A stretch of 52,677 nucleotides of DNA from positions 1 to 52,677 of IMG/VR virus record IMGVR_UViG_3300010157_000085; one strand, 5' to 3'. Positions 19,267 to 29,310 of this stretch are shown in pieces. Source of the DNA: a virus (Duplodnaviria; Caudoviricetes). The notes under the pieces are model-generated. The model was not told the origin of the DNA, ran no database searches, and saw only the letters and a list, made by a program, of their open reading frames with translations. Made by a program: the position numbers and the translations under genes. Numbering within the stretch: the first letter of the stretch is position 1; each line of letters begins with the position of its first letter.

Positions 19267-20010
19267 TTAGCCGTAGTAGTCAACATTATTCTTGGTTGCT
19301 GTGTAAGGAACGCTGCCATTAACTGTGTTAGTGACCTGTCCACTCGAGATCGTCAGATAACGAGGCCCTTGGATGCTGATCTGTCCGATGCTACCGTTAG
19401 CATCTGCTGCATTAGTACCAATGCCCATGGCGTTGTAGTCAACGAACAAGCCTGGGATAGCCCAGTCAACAATGCCACTGGTTGTAGTGGTACCACTAGC
19501 AATAACACGATATGCTAGTTTTGGGTACTCTGCAATGCTTACAGAGTTATTAAGCGTGAAAGATTGACCTACGCCTGTGCTGGTGGCTGTTCCGCTGAGG
19601 ATAGTTATCCAGTTGGATGCTGGATAGGTAGTATTGTTCTGAAATCTGTTGTTGCTACCTTGCAGCTCAAGATATACAGTGCCAGAGAATGTTGGGTTTA
19701 GCCAGAAGTCAACAAACATGGTTTCCATGTCTTGCACGCTCAAGCTTGGGCTTGGTGCACAGACAAACCCAACATCAATCTTACCATTACCATTAACATT
19801 GATATTAAGACCGGGGACAACGCTACCAACCTGACCACCATTCCAGGTTTGGCCGCTAATAGTGACAGCACCTTGAACAGCTGTGTAATTACTGCCAGTA
19901 AATGCAGCAGCACCACCTGGAACGCCATCATAAGCGTATATGGTCTGGAAGTTGCCAAGCACGTATGGCTTCTTTACCTGCTTTGGTCCTTTGCCTTCTG
20001 CTGATTGCAT
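19267..20010 (-). CDS. Putative structural protein
   Basis: 247 aa beta-rich, GGAG SD. Confidence 0.65.
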   Translation of the reverse strand: MQSAEGKGPKQVKKPYVLGNFQTIYAYDGVPGGAAAFTGSNYTAVQGAVTISGQTWNGGQVGSVVPGLNINVNGNGKIDVGFVCAPSPSLSVQDMETMFVDFWLNPTFSGTVYLELQGSNNRFQNNTTYPASNWITILSGTATSTGVGQSFTLNNSVSIAEYPKLAYRVIASGTTTTSGIVDWAIPGLFVDYNAMGIGTNAADANGSIGQISIQGPRYLTISSGQVTNTVNGSVPYTATKNNVDYYG

Positions 20011-20018
20011 TTTATCTC

Positions 20019-20597
20019 CTATAGGCTCATATAATCTATGCCAAGATCTGGTACGCTTGATTGTTGTAAGTATCTCATTGCATTGGCACTGATATCATCA
20101 TCAGCAACACTTATAGCCGGTACGTCGCTTGAAGGAACTGACTGAACCGACTGCGGCCTTGGAGCTGACTGCTGTGGAGCGGGTGCTGGCTTGCTGTTGA
20201 TTCTATTTTCTAAAGATTTGATAGAGCCAACGATTGGTGCTAGTGCTACTTTTAATGCTTCTGCAATTTTTAATTCAACTGGTATTTCTGTTGCTTTTGG
20301 TTCTGGCCGCACCCAGTACTTTGTTAGTACAGTGCTGCACAGCTCCCAGATCAAGCTATCAACTCTTTCTCCAGCTAGAGTTTCGATGCGCTTTATCTTT
20401 TTATCCCAAACGTATTCATATTCTTTACCATACCCATCAATCAAAGTCCCATAAGCATGACTATCTGTTTGATTAATCACAGTTAGCTGCTGTAGGTTTG
20501 ATACTGTTTGTAGTTCTGGCTCTGGTTCTTGAACAATAACCTCAAGGACCTCTTCGGCTGGCACCGAGACGATCTTGGTTCTGCGTGTTTTAAACAT
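20019..20597 (-). CDS. Hypothetical protein
   Basis: 192-aa ORF in operon. Confidence 0.7.
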   Translation of the reverse strand: MFKTRRTKIVSVPAEEVLEVIVQEPEPELQTVSNLQQLTVINQTDSHAYGTLIDGYGKEYEYVWDKKIKRIETLAGERVDSLIWELCSTVLTKYWVRPEPKATEIPVELKIAEALKVALAPIVGSIKSLENRINSKPAPAPQQSAPRPQSVQSVPSSDVPAISVADDDISANAMRYLQQSSVPDLGIDYMSL

Positions 20598-20602
20598 ATT
20601 TT

Positions 20603-21178
20603 TTACTCAGCAAATACCAGTTCGTAGTCGGCCTTGCGCTCAACGCTAGCAGTGCGGTCATCCCAGACAACAGCAAATTCGTTATCACCGACAGCTAGAA
20701 CTGTTCCAGCAATCTTGGTGCTAGGTGTTTCAACGACAACTCGCGATTGAACAAGCGTTCCACGGTTAACATTAGCTACAACACCCATGGTAAATTCAGC
20801 ATGTGGTTGAGTGGTGTTAAAACCACCAGCTTGATTTTGGATCTTGCGAGCAGCACGTTGCAACTGTGGTGGCATGTTCATCTCAGCCAGGTCTGGAGTG
20901 CCAGCTACTTCTGGCTCCATGACCATAAGCGCACGGTCTTGTGCAGGGTTTGGAGTGCTACTAAACCCCGTGTTCTGAGCATTGTTGTCTAGGTGAGCGC
21001 CAATACCCTGTTGCTGTTCCAGGTATGCCCGCATGTTGCGTTCATAGTCGCTTTTCTCATTAAGATAGTCACCGACCCATTGTTCTCCTGGCTGGATGAA
21101 GTTTGGGTCAGCACCCATCTCATTGCCCTCGGCTGCCTCAAAGATCTGAGAAATTTTAATATTCAAACGGGGTTCCAT
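20603..21178 (-). CDS. Hypothetical protein with C-terminal SH3-like motif
   Basis: GTVLAV...FAVVWDD; AGGAG SD before ATG 21178. Confidence 0.7.
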   Translation of the reverse strand: MEPRLNIKISQIFEAAEGNEMGADPNFIQPGEQWVGDYLNEKSDYERNMRAYLEQQQGIGAHLDNNAQNTGFSSTPNPAQDRALMVMEPEVAGTPDLAEMNMPPQLQRAARKIQNQAGGFNTTQPHAEFTMGVVANVNRGTLVQSRVVVETPSTKIAGTVLAVGDNEFAVVWDDRTASVERKADYELVFAE

Positions 21179-21193
21179 AAACACTCCTGTTTA

Positions 21194-21221
21194 TCAAGTA
21201 CATACACTCAAGTACATACAC
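21194..21221. repeat. 14-nt tandem repeat x2 (TCAAGTACATACAC)
   Basis: Exact duplication read from the sequence. Confidence 0.9.
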
Positions 21222-21247
21222 TACTGTATATACAGTCTATTATTACA
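21221..21247 (-). promoter_or_regulatory. Putative late promoter TGTAAT-N16-AGTAG
   Basis: Same spacing as consensus; intergenic. Confidence 0.5.
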
Positions 21248-21255
21248 TTGTCCTG

Positions 21256-21630
21256 CTAGAAAGGCTTGGGTGGCACTGGCGCACCATCGCTAGACTTTTG
21301 TTTTACTTCTGTTGTCATCGCTGGTTCTTCTTTTGGCATGTCAACGCTAGGGAATGTTTCTTGCACAGTTGGCTCTGGACTTTCTGAATTCATTGTATTG
21401 GCATAGTACTTAAACTTGCTAGCAAATGCCCAGATGTTTTCAGCACTACTTTGCCTTGGTTCAATATACATACAGCGCGCATGAACAAAATTAACCCTAC
21501 CACTATTATCTATTCTTTTACTGACAGGCATTAGCCTGCCTCGATCGCCTTGACCAGTAACGTCCTCACAAATCATGCAAGTGGCATCTGATGGTACTGC
21601 TTCAGTTACTTCTGTGTAGTGAGATTCCAT
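21256..21630 (-). CDS. Hypothetical protein with PHD/zinc-finger-like CxxC...HxxC
   Basis: CMIC...FVHARC; GAGGA SD before ATG 21630. Confidence 0.65.
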   Translation of the reverse strand: MESHYTEVTEAVPSDATCMICEDVTGQGDRGRLMPVSKRIDNSGRVNFVHARCMYIEPRQSSAENIWAFASKFKYYANTMNSESPEPTVQETFPSVDMPKEEPAMTTEVKQKSSDGAPVPPKPF

Positions 21631-21631
21631 T

Positions 21632-23731
21632 TTATTCCTCGTCCCATATGTCATCGCCATGCCCAATAGCGCTTGGATCAATTGCTTGATGGGCTTTTTC
21701 TAGGTCCTTAGTCCTAGCAAAAACATCTTTGAAAGTTTCAAACTCTCCAGGTTTCAGCGCACGGTCCATTCTTGAAGTAAGAACTTGTCGCAAGTAATCT
21801 TCATGCTCTGGCGATAACAACTTTTCACTAACGCTGCTAGCATCTGCTGGTTCTTTAGCTTCTCTATCTGTTTTTATACCAAGGTTTTTCAATGTACTGT
21901 TTAGCTCTGAGCTCGCACGCTCAGCATTAAGCTGCTTGACATTTGATGGCAATATAAATGTGCTGTTAGAACGAACCAGGACTGTTCCAATGTTTTGTGT
22001 TTGTGGGACCAGGTTCAGTGGGTGATCATACTGAGGAGCATCAGAGTTGATACTACTGCTCGGCACCCCATTCCTACGGTTCATTGAAGATAGAGTCTCC
22101 ATCAACTTGTTCTTTGAATCTGCATCTTTCATATTGTGGAATGCTTCATGCAGATTAGACAAACTCCATGGGTTTGCACCACGATAGAATTTAACAACTC
22201 TTTCGCTTTTTGCATAGGTTGAATCAGCATATGGCTTGCCGGTTCTTTGCAGCATGCGGTTGCCTCTATGATCAAGAATATCACCATAGGGTGCTGTTTG
22301 ATATATATGGCCACGAAATTGCAGGTGTGGTTCAATAATTGGATTTAGTTTAGACACTCTATCTCCACCAATGTTTTCCACCCAACGCATTTCAGTGGGT
22401 TTACGATCAACTGTAGTGATGTGGACTGCACTGGCTCGACGGTTAGCACCCGCTGCTGTACTAAGACGCTTGCCAAATGTGTCTACCAGACTATTAGATA
22501 AATCTTGGTCTTCTGGGCTGGTTGCTATTGAACTAAAGCTATTTTTAGGATCAGAATGCATCAGCTCAAGTGATAGCCCAGGCTTGCCGTTGACATCAAC
22601 GCCTCTGGATCGATCTCTACGATCTTGAATTTCTGCATCTGCAGAAGCAAAACTTATTGCGTGATAGTGTCCATTCAAGCTACCATCAGAATTAACTGAA
22701 TGCACAAGCATGGTTGCGCCAGGGTCAATGCCTACACCATGAACACTAACAAGATCACCGGGTCGTATGTTATGAGTGAGTGCGCCTTCAAGATTTGTAT
22801 GCGTTGAATGAGCACGGATACCCGGAGCAGTAGGCTCCCAGCGGTCTTCTACAACAATAGGTGCTAGTATTCGCCTTAGCGCTTCACCATATCCGCTTGC
22901 TTCACCATATCTGCCATGCTGATATTTAATATGGTGATCTTTTACCGTGTGGCCTCTTTCAGTTAAATCTTCTCTGATGTGCCTTACATGTGGTTCAACA
23001 GCACAGCCAGCAAAGCAACTTGGTCCGGTGCAATAAAAGTTATGCGCATGTAGTGCAGCGTTCCACGCACCGGCAGAGTGCTTTAATCCTGCCATACCAG
23101 TATGCCCAGTAGTATCAAAAATTGTATGCCCACGGCCTTCACAACCGGCACATGGCATCGGGTTGCCGTTCTTATCAACAAGGCCTGAACCTTTGCATTC
23201 ATCATGCGCATGGTCTGTAAGCGTTGGCGCAATATTCATTGCCAGCGTTAGTGCCTTGGTAGCAGCATGATTGGAATTTACTATAGGTTGAGAGCGGGCA
23301 TACTCCATGGTATGGCGACGATCATGTTCTTCATCACTTAATGCTGGCATGAGTGATGAAAGATCAGTTCCACTTGTTGGTAGATAAAGCGGTGCTATTG
23401 GACGAGTGAAATCCGGCTTGCCAAATTCTTCTTCACTCTCTTCATGCCGATTACGACGAAGAATTGTATCAATATTATTAGTATGTATAATATCTGTTGG
23501 TTTTATACCCGATAGATCAACATCATCAGGATGAACACCATATATTTCTGCATAGCCTTCAAGGATTTTTGATGAAGGCGCTTGAAGGAAAAATGGGTCT
23601 GGTTCTTCTGAATCTGGTTCTTCTGAATTGGTAAAACTACTGAAGTCACCGGGTGGGTAGATTTGCCCACTGTCATCAGCAGCAGTTTTTGAGTTAAAAG
23701 TTTTTTTAAGCATTGTATGTTGATTTCTCAT
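21632..23731 (-). CDS. Large hypothetical protein, putative internal virion protein
   Basis: About 700 aa; leader TFNSKTA; DnaJ-like CKGSG..CAGCEGRG; alternative start 23713. Confidence 0.75.
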   Translation of the reverse strand: MRNQHTMLKKTFNSKTAADDSGQIYPPGDFSSFTNSEEPDSEEPDPFFLQAPSSKILEGYAEIYGVHPDDVDLSGIKPTDIIHTNNIDTILRRNRHEESEEEFGKPDFTRPIAPLYLPTSGTDLSSLMPALSDEEHDRRHTMEYARSQPIVNSNHAATKALTLAMNIAPTLTDHAHDECKGSGLVDKNGNPMPCAGCEGRGHTIFDTTGHTGMAGLKHSAGAWNAALHAHNFYCTGPSCFAGCAVEPHVRHIREDLTERGHTVKDHHIKYQHGRYGEASGYGEALRRILAPIVVEDRWEPTAPGIRAHSTHTNLEGALTHNIRPGDLVSVHGVGIDPGATMLVHSVNSDGSLNGHYHAISFASADAEIQDRRDRSRGVDVNGKPGLSLELMHSDPKNSFSSIATSPEDQDLSNSLVDTFGKRLSTAAGANRRASAVHITTVDRKPTEMRWVENIGGDRVSKLNPIIEPHLQFRGHIYQTAPYGDILDHRGNRMLQRTGKPYADSTYAKSERVVKFYRGANPWSLSNLHEAFHNMKDADSKNKLMETLSSMNRRNGVPSSSINSDAPQYDHPLNLVPQTQNIGTVLVRSNSTFILPSNVKQLNAERASSELNSTLKNLGIKTDREAKEPADASSVSEKLLSPEHEDYLRQVLTSRMDRALKPGEFETFKDVFARTKDLEKAHQAIDPSAIGHGDDIWDEE

Positions 23732-23735
23732 TTGA

Positions 23736-26321
23736 TCAAGCATTCATCTTATTAGTACTCTGGATATAAGGTGATACCATTTCTGCAATGGGTCGCATTA
23801 CTATCTTTGCAGTGTCTTCACCATAGGTCTTGGCCACATGTTGTGCAAGCCCGACTGCGTTCTTGAATAGCACACTAGAAGTTCCTCCGGAGTCAACAGA
23901 GATAGAACCAAAATTGTGCATGTCTCGTGCTGACTGCGATGACCCCTCATAAATATTTTTTAGTAGTTTATTAAAATGTTCATCTGATGGATTGATAATG
24001 TTACGCTTTTTTAATTTATTTACTTTATCTTCGATACCAGCAATATGTGGCAAAACAAATTCATGGTAACCAATGAAGGCTGGTGAGTCAATATCTACAT
24101 CTGGGCTTGACAGAAATTTTTGTGCGACATACTTCAATCGGTTTGGCATCCTGATAGCCCTGCTAGGTATGTCTGGTAGTGCTCCAGCAGTTGGTGCAAG
24201 GTTATCCAAGCTGTTTTGAAGAAAGGTAGAAATAGCTGACAGCTGTTCAGAATGAGCACATTCTTTAGCATTTGGTGATGAATTAATCTGAGCACGTATC
24301 TTTTTGAATTGCTCTCGTTGATCTGGTGACATAACAACACCAGATGGTATGCTGGCAGCAACACTATTTTGTTGTTGGTCATTCAATGCTGGTTTTCCAT
24401 TAGAAAGCACCCAGCTGGACCAGGTGCCAAACTTTCCTCTAAAGCGCTGGATCCCTCGCTTTCTATCAGCAGCATTGTTGTTCTCTGTAACAATAAATTC
24501 AGGTTTGCCTGATGACAGCTGTTCATTTGGCAAGATTTTTTCGCTGTTGGCACGATACTCTTTAAATAGGTCCGGTGCTTCTTTGCCTTGAGATTTATAA
24601 ATCCCTCTGAGCAGCTCTAGCGGTACATGAAGATTGCCTTCTTCGTCAATTGGCTCTTGCTGAGTGCCGGGTATTGCTACTGGATTGTTAACATCAAGAT
24701 GGCTGGGGTCAGCTATTCTGCAATCACATGGTTTGCCATCATCACGATGTTCATGAGAACCTCCACATGTGGTGCAATTTGGATCAGGTTTTCCATACGC
24801 CACGCCAGCATCATCTGGAACAGCACCGGCTAGATATACTGGGTTGCCGGGTTGATGATCAATCATTTGCCTTACAAAAGCAACGTCACGAGTTCTTTTT
24901 GGTTTTCCAACGCGTAGCTTTTTACCAGGGTTTTGTCTGAGTGATTCCACAACTTCTTCAGGAGTAATATTACCCTTCCTGTAGTTTTTAATAAATTCTT
25001 GTACGTCTGATTCTGATACATTTCTATGGTCACAAACTGGACAAATGTTTGGCGATGTACCGCGTGAAGCCCATTCATTTGCATTCTTGCCACTGGTTTG
25101 TTTTAGAGTGAGTTCTCCAGTCTCTGGATCTATATCATCTTCATAGCCATGCATACCATCAAGCATTGTTGGATTATCTAAAACACCTACTCTTGCTTGA
25201 TGAATTTTACCTGTTGCATCGCAGGCTGTACATTTAACAAAATCTGACCCTATAGCTGCTAGCGTAGTAGATTGTGCTTTTCTATTCAATGTTAGAGTTA
25301 GCTTATTATTAATTCTCTGGTTAAAAGGTGTTTGGTCACTAATAAAAACCATGGGGACATGTTTTGCAGGGTCAGCTTCATTAGAAACAAAAATGTCTGG
25401 ATGATCTTCACGGTAAACACCCTCAAGAGCATGCTGCAGAGTATCCTCTTGCATTCCTGGCATTGCGCGTAACGGTGATTGACTGGCACGATATTGATTG
25501 CCATTAACATAGTTACCAGAACTGTCTGCTACAGTAATGGGCAAAAAATTACGGCAGCTGGTATTGCTATGGTTGTTACGATGCTGCCCACAAACACAAT
25601 AGTCAACACCAGTTCTTGTAGTGTTTAATGTTTGTGGTTTTTCACTATAGAAGGATTGAACCGCAGTGGTTAAAGGATTTGGCTCAATGAGCATCCTCAT
25701 AGCAGGGTCGTCAACATCACGGATGCTATCCGATGTAAACTCATGGCCAGCGGCGGCAGCGGCGGCAAGATTCTTGTGAAGTTCTTCCTCGTTCACATGG
25801 CGAGTGAATGGTTGGAACATTCTATCAAGCATGTTTTTGTGTTCACTACTAACATATACTGGCAACGAGCTCATACCGTTTGCTCGTAAGAACTTTTGCA
25901 CTCTGGGTTCACCCGCCAGTTCAGACATCGGGTGATCCATTATAGTATATTTCCCAGACTCTACCAGATTATCCAGGCTTTGCCTGTAGGCTGCTGCCTT
26001 GGGGCGTCCAACCTCATCGATGTCGAGTTTACCATCACCGTCCATGTCACTCGTAATAACACGAATGTTCCCACCAAACGATCCAGGGCTAGCACTGGTA
26101 TGTGGTTGATAGCTATTCAGATCAAAAACACCGTAAGGTGCTTGCTTTAGCTTTTGTTCACGTTTTTGCTGTGTTATCTCACCAACGTTTTTTAAAAGCT
26201 GCTCAGCCTGGCTGGTGGCACCCTGCTGTTGTGCAGTTTGCACTGATCGAACAAATTCAGGCAGTGAGTCTTCAACCTGATCTGAAGCTACCCTTATGAG
26301 TGTTTTGCTGTTAAAAATCAT
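23736..26321 (-). CDS. Large hypothetical protein with several Zn-binding motifs, putative internal virion protein
   Basis: 861 aa; leader MIFNSKTLIRVAS; CVCGQH, CTACDATG, CPVC, CTTCGG. Confidence 0.8.
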   Translation of the reverse strand: MIFNSKTLIRVASDQVEDSLPEFVRSVQTAQQQGATSQAEQLLKNVGEITQQKREQKLKQAPYGVFDLNSYQPHTSASPGSFGGNIRVITSDMDGDGKLDIDEVGRPKAAAYRQSLDNLVESGKYTIMDHPMSELAGEPRVQKFLRANGMSSLPVYVSSEHKNMLDRMFQPFTRHVNEEELHKNLAAAAAAGHEFTSDSIRDVDDPAMRMLIEPNPLTTAVQSFYSEKPQTLNTTRTGVDYCVCGQHRNNHSNTSCRNFLPITVADSSGNYVNGNQYRASQSPLRAMPGMQEDTLQHALEGVYREDHPDIFVSNEADPAKHVPMVFISDQTPFNQRINNKLTLTLNRKAQSTTLAAIGSDFVKCTACDATGKIHQARVGVLDNPTMLDGMHGYEDDIDPETGELTLKQTSGKNANEWASRGTSPNICPVCDHRNVSESDVQEFIKNYRKGNITPEEVVESLRQNPGKKLRVGKPKRTRDVAFVRQMIDHQPGNPVYLAGAVPDDAGVAYGKPDPNCTTCGGSHEHRDDGKPCDCRIADPSHLDVNNPVAIPGTQQEPIDEEGNLHVPLELLRGIYKSQGKEAPDLFKEYRANSEKILPNEQLSSGKPEFIVTENNNAADRKRGIQRFRGKFGTWSSWVLSNGKPALNDQQQNSVAASIPSGVVMSPDQREQFKKIRAQINSSPNAKECAHSEQLSAISTFLQNSLDNLAPTAGALPDIPSRAIRMPNRLKYVAQKFLSSPDVDIDSPAFIGYHEFVLPHIAGIEDKVNKLKKRNIINPSDEHFNKLLKNIYEGSSQSARDMHNFGSISVDSGGTSSVLFKNAVGLAQHVAKTYGEDTAKIVMRPIAEMVSPYIQSTNKMNA

Positions 26322-26926
26322 AGTCCAACCTGCTCAAAACCTGAAAAAAACTCGCCGTCATCTGGTCCGCTAGAGCCAATGTCTAAACGTTGCAAATCTT
26401 CTCTATCACGATTGCCAGCTGCAATTTCTCTATGATGAGCTTTCATTAGATCACTTGGCTCAACCATTTCAGCATTTTTTCGTGCTTTTTCATAAGCTGC
26501 TACATGCTCTGCAGGAATTGGGTTGGTCAAAGTAACCATTTTATCCATCAAGATCTGTAACAAACGATGAGTCCTTACATGATTAGCTCTGTGCCTGATA
26601 CAATTAACTGCTATTGGATTATTCCACAGATTAGAGATTGTAAGCTTTGGGATGCCATCATTGTCATCCGAGCTATCAGCAGTTGATGATTTACCTGTTC
26701 CTGATCCAAATACATCTTCTGGTGACAGGCTGACGCCAATAGAATCGTCAGATGACATGGTGTCATCACTGTGTTCATGGTTAGAACAGTCTAAATCTTC
26801 CATGATTGCATGATCACCAAGATAAGCTTTCAATGCTTTTGCTGGATCTGCTTGGCCTTGAATGAAGTCTTTTAGTATGGCTTTATCACAGGCCATTCGA
26901 TTGTATGATACTGAACTACCACTCAT
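26318..26926 (-). CDS. Hypothetical protein
   Basis: 202-aa ORF, ATGA overlap. Confidence 0.7.
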   Translation of the reverse strand: MSGSSVSYNRMACDKAILKDFIQGQADPAKALKAYLGDHAIMEDLDCSNHEHSDDTMSSDDSIGVSLSPEDVFGSGTGKSSTADSSDDNDGIPKLTISNLWNNPIAVNCIRHRANHVRTHRLLQILMDKMVTLTNPIPAEHVAAYEKARKNAEMVEPSDLMKAHHREIAAGNRDREDLQRLDIGSSGPDDGEFFSGFEQVGL

Positions 26927-26932
26927 AGCGTT

Positions 26933-28360
26933 TTAACCTTCATCTGCTAGATCTGGGCAACGATAGAACTGTTGATTGATTTCATTGACCAGCCTTTTTA
27001 AGTAACCTGGGCGTGATCGTTGGTTTTTCAATTGACTAACTTGTTTTTGCGCTAGTTGAATAGCAGCAAGGCGCTCTGGGCTGTTGTTCATTGTTTTTAT
27101 TTGCTGACGTGCTTTGCTGTTTGATGAACCGATAATTGATCCATTAACACACCCGTATGAACATTTTTTTGAATGGTCCGCACGAGTTTGCACCGTAATC
27201 GGTTGTTGTTCAAATACATCTTCTGGTCCTGGTTGTTCCTCACCCTGCAACTCTTCGCTGGTGACTTCTTCTTCTTCTGGTTGTTCTTCTTCTTTGCCTT
27301 CTTCGCCAGGCTCTACAATTGGTTGATGGTTTTTTGCTAGCTCTGTAACAAAGTCTCCAAAGTTAACCTCATCTGGGTTTGTATCAAACTCTCCAGGTTT
27401 ACCTTCAATAACCTTCTCATAGTTATCGGGTCTTTTATCAACAACAACTCCAGGGTTAGAAATACCTTGTGCTACTGTGTCAATTATACCACTATCTATC
27501 TTAATAGCATCAGGATCATATGTTTGTGGCTCAGATTTTATTTGATCTGCAGATAGTGTACCGTTACGACCACATGTTGAGCAAGACTTTCCCTTTGCCA
27601 TGGGTAGATTTTCACAAGATGAGCATACCATTTCATTTTTATCACAACGTTTTTGTGATAGCATGTCAGGATCAACCCATTTTAATTCTGCCATGAGGTC
27701 TGACATGTTATGGCTGCAGTCAGCATGGTTGCAAGGTTTTTTAGCAGGAGCATCATCTACTATCCTGGATTTCAAACGATTCTTTGAATTTGGATCGTTC
27801 GGTAGCAAGATTGAAATATCTGGCGTCTCTGTGATCAACTTGCCAGGGTTCTGAATGCCCAGGCCTCGCAGCTTGTTTTCCCAGCTTGATAAAGTATCTT
27901 CGTTAAAATTAGTTGTGTCAAGAGCATCAGCAGCATCTGCTTCTGCATAATTATCATCAGGATCAGATACGTTATTCCAGTTAACGCTTCCGTCTTCATT
28001 ATACTGAGAAGCTTTGAATACAATTCTGGAAGCAGTGCGCTTGGCATTACGTTGATCATGGCGAACCTGCTCTGCCTTGCGTTTTTCAGCTTGCGCAGCT
28101 GGGCCACTCAACTCAATGATGTCAAGCATGCGCTTGAGCACGTCAGCGTTTTGCCCTGGCATAGCAGCAATGGCTTCTACCAATGAGCTAAGAGACCTAC
28201 CATCAGTAAGATGAGGTGTGGTGCGAAACTGTTCGTCTGCAGTCCCATACAATCTATCGGCTGAAAGAACAGATGGATCCATTGGTGGTGGAGCATCTGG
28301 TATATCATTGCTTTCTGCCAATACTGTTCTGGCTGTTCTACTATTAAATATAGTTGCCAT
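26933..28360 (-). CDS. Hypothetical acidic protein, putative internal virion protein
   Basis: 475 aa; leader MATIFNSRTARTVLA; CSSC/CSTCG motifs. Confidence 0.78.
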   Translation of the reverse strand: MATIFNSRTARTVLAESNDIPDAPPPMDPSVLSADRLYGTADEQFRTTPHLTDGRSLSSLVEAIAAMPGQNADVLKRMLDIIELSGPAAQAEKRKAEQVRHDQRNAKRTASRIVFKASQYNEDGSVNWNNVSDPDDNYAEADAADALDTTNFNEDTLSSWENKLRGLGIQNPGKLITETPDISILLPNDPNSKNRLKSRIVDDAPAKKPCNHADCSHNMSDLMAELKWVDPDMLSQKRCDKNEMVCSSCENLPMAKGKSCSTCGRNGTLSADQIKSEPQTYDPDAIKIDSGIIDTVAQGISNPGVVVDKRPDNYEKVIEGKPGEFDTNPDEVNFGDFVTELAKNHQPIVEPGEEGKEEEQPEEEEVTSEELQGEEQPGPEDVFEQQPITVQTRADHSKKCSYGCVNGSIIGSSNSKARQQIKTMNNSPERLAAIQLAQKQVSQLKNQRSRPGYLKRLVNEINQQFYRCPDLADEG

Positions 28361-28384
28361 TTTATTAGTCAGTATCTAATAGTA

Positions 28385-28972
28385 TTAGTTGGTTGGCCCG
28401 CTGCCATGAGGGAAATCTTGATTATGATAAATAGATGTTTCATCAAACTTCGTAGGCGAGGTAGTGTGCGGTTGCATAGGCTTCTTGTTAGTCTTTGCTT
28501 CACAACCAGAGCAGATTGTCTTGCCGGTGTGCAAAGTTGGATTACCACATTGTGTGCAATCTGGTGACTTTGGTTTTTCAAAGATTAGACCATCATGAGG
28601 GTTAACAGGCTTAACATTCAAGATGTCGCGTTGTGGACCCTTTGGTTCTTTTGAATTTGAGTAATCAATCTCTGGGCCTGCGACCTTGCACATCTCACAG
28701 CTGGCGTGTCGCAGCTTCCATTCATCGTATGCAGCGTGAACAAGCTTGGCCTTGCTGTCACTGACACTGGCAAGACGACGGAAAGCAACCTTTTCAATGT
28801 CCCGTTCAACCATCTGGCAGCGGAGTGCGAACTCACGATCGGTGTGAGCTAGGAACAAGAAGTCACCAGTCTGATTAAGCAAATCATGCTTTGCATTAAC
28901 AAGGCTCTTACCGGCTTCCTTGGCCTTGTAAGCCAGATTGACCGAGTCATCGTAATCGAACATTGAAGCCAT
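28385..28972 (-). CDS. Hypothetical protein with Zn ribbon
   Basis: Start moved to ATG 28972 (GGAG SD) because the upstream extension runs through a tRNA; CEMC, CTQCG..CSGC. Confidence 0.75.
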   Translation of the reverse strand: MASMFDYDDSVNLAYKAKEAGKSLVNAKHDLLNQTGDFLFLAHTDREFALRCQMVERDIEKVAFRRLASVSDSKAKLVHAAYDEWKLRHASCEMCKVAGPEIDYSNSKEPKGPQRDILNVKPVNPHDGLIFEKPKSPDCTQCGNPTLHTGKTICSGCEAKTNKKPMQPHTTSPTKFDETSIYHNQDFPHGSGPTN

Positions 28973-29054
28973 CGTTATCTCCGTATTCTGCCCGTAGGGC
29001 GCTGGACATGTAGAAGTATCTACACTATCTAGGTGATACTGGAGGGGTTTTAAA

Positions 29055-29133
29055 TGGTCCGGGGAACAGGAATTGAACCTGTGACCACGAAGATATAAGC
29101 TTCGCTGCCGCAACCAACGCAGCACCTCTCCGG
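29055..29133 (-). tRNA. trnI: tRNA-Ile (anticodon TAT), atypical D-arm
   Basis: Manual cloverleaf: acceptor CCGGAGA/TCCCCGG (one A:C), anticodon stem CGAAG/CTTCG with loop CT-TAT-AT, T-arm ACAGG-TTCAATT-CCTGT, A73, encoded CCA. Confidence 0.75.
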
Positions 29134-29138
29134 CTATA

Positions 29139-29227
29139 TAGGAAGGAGTCAGCACCCTGTTTGTAGAGGTCTCCTGCGCATTGATCAAACAGACTCCCTG
29201 CTCTCACGATACAGGGCATCCTTCCTA
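29139..29227 (-). ncRNA. Candidate structured RNA/spacer between the two tRNAs
   Basis: Closing stem TAGGAAGGA/TCCTTCCTA with two internal stems (CTGTTTG/CAAACAG and CCCTG/CAGGG). Confidence 0.3.
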
Positions 29228-29230
29228 AGG

Positions 29231-29303
29231 CTCCCTAGCCTGGACTCGAACCAGGAACCAGCTGATTAACAGTCAGCTGCTCTGCCAATTGAGCTACCAG
29301 GGA
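29231..29303 (-). tRNA. trnN: tRNA-Asn (GTT)
   Basis: TCCCTGG TAGCTCAATTGGCAGAGCA GCTGA-CTGTTAA-TCAGC TGGTT CCTGG-TTCGAGT-CCAGG CTAGGGA G; canonical; CCA not encoded. Confidence 0.95.
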
Positions 29304-29310
29304 AAAACTA

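Noticed and set aside
28973-29219. N-terminal extension of ORF 28385..29188 and ORF 29025..29219
   Set aside because: Both run through the tRNA-Ile gene; a better start with SD exists at 28972.
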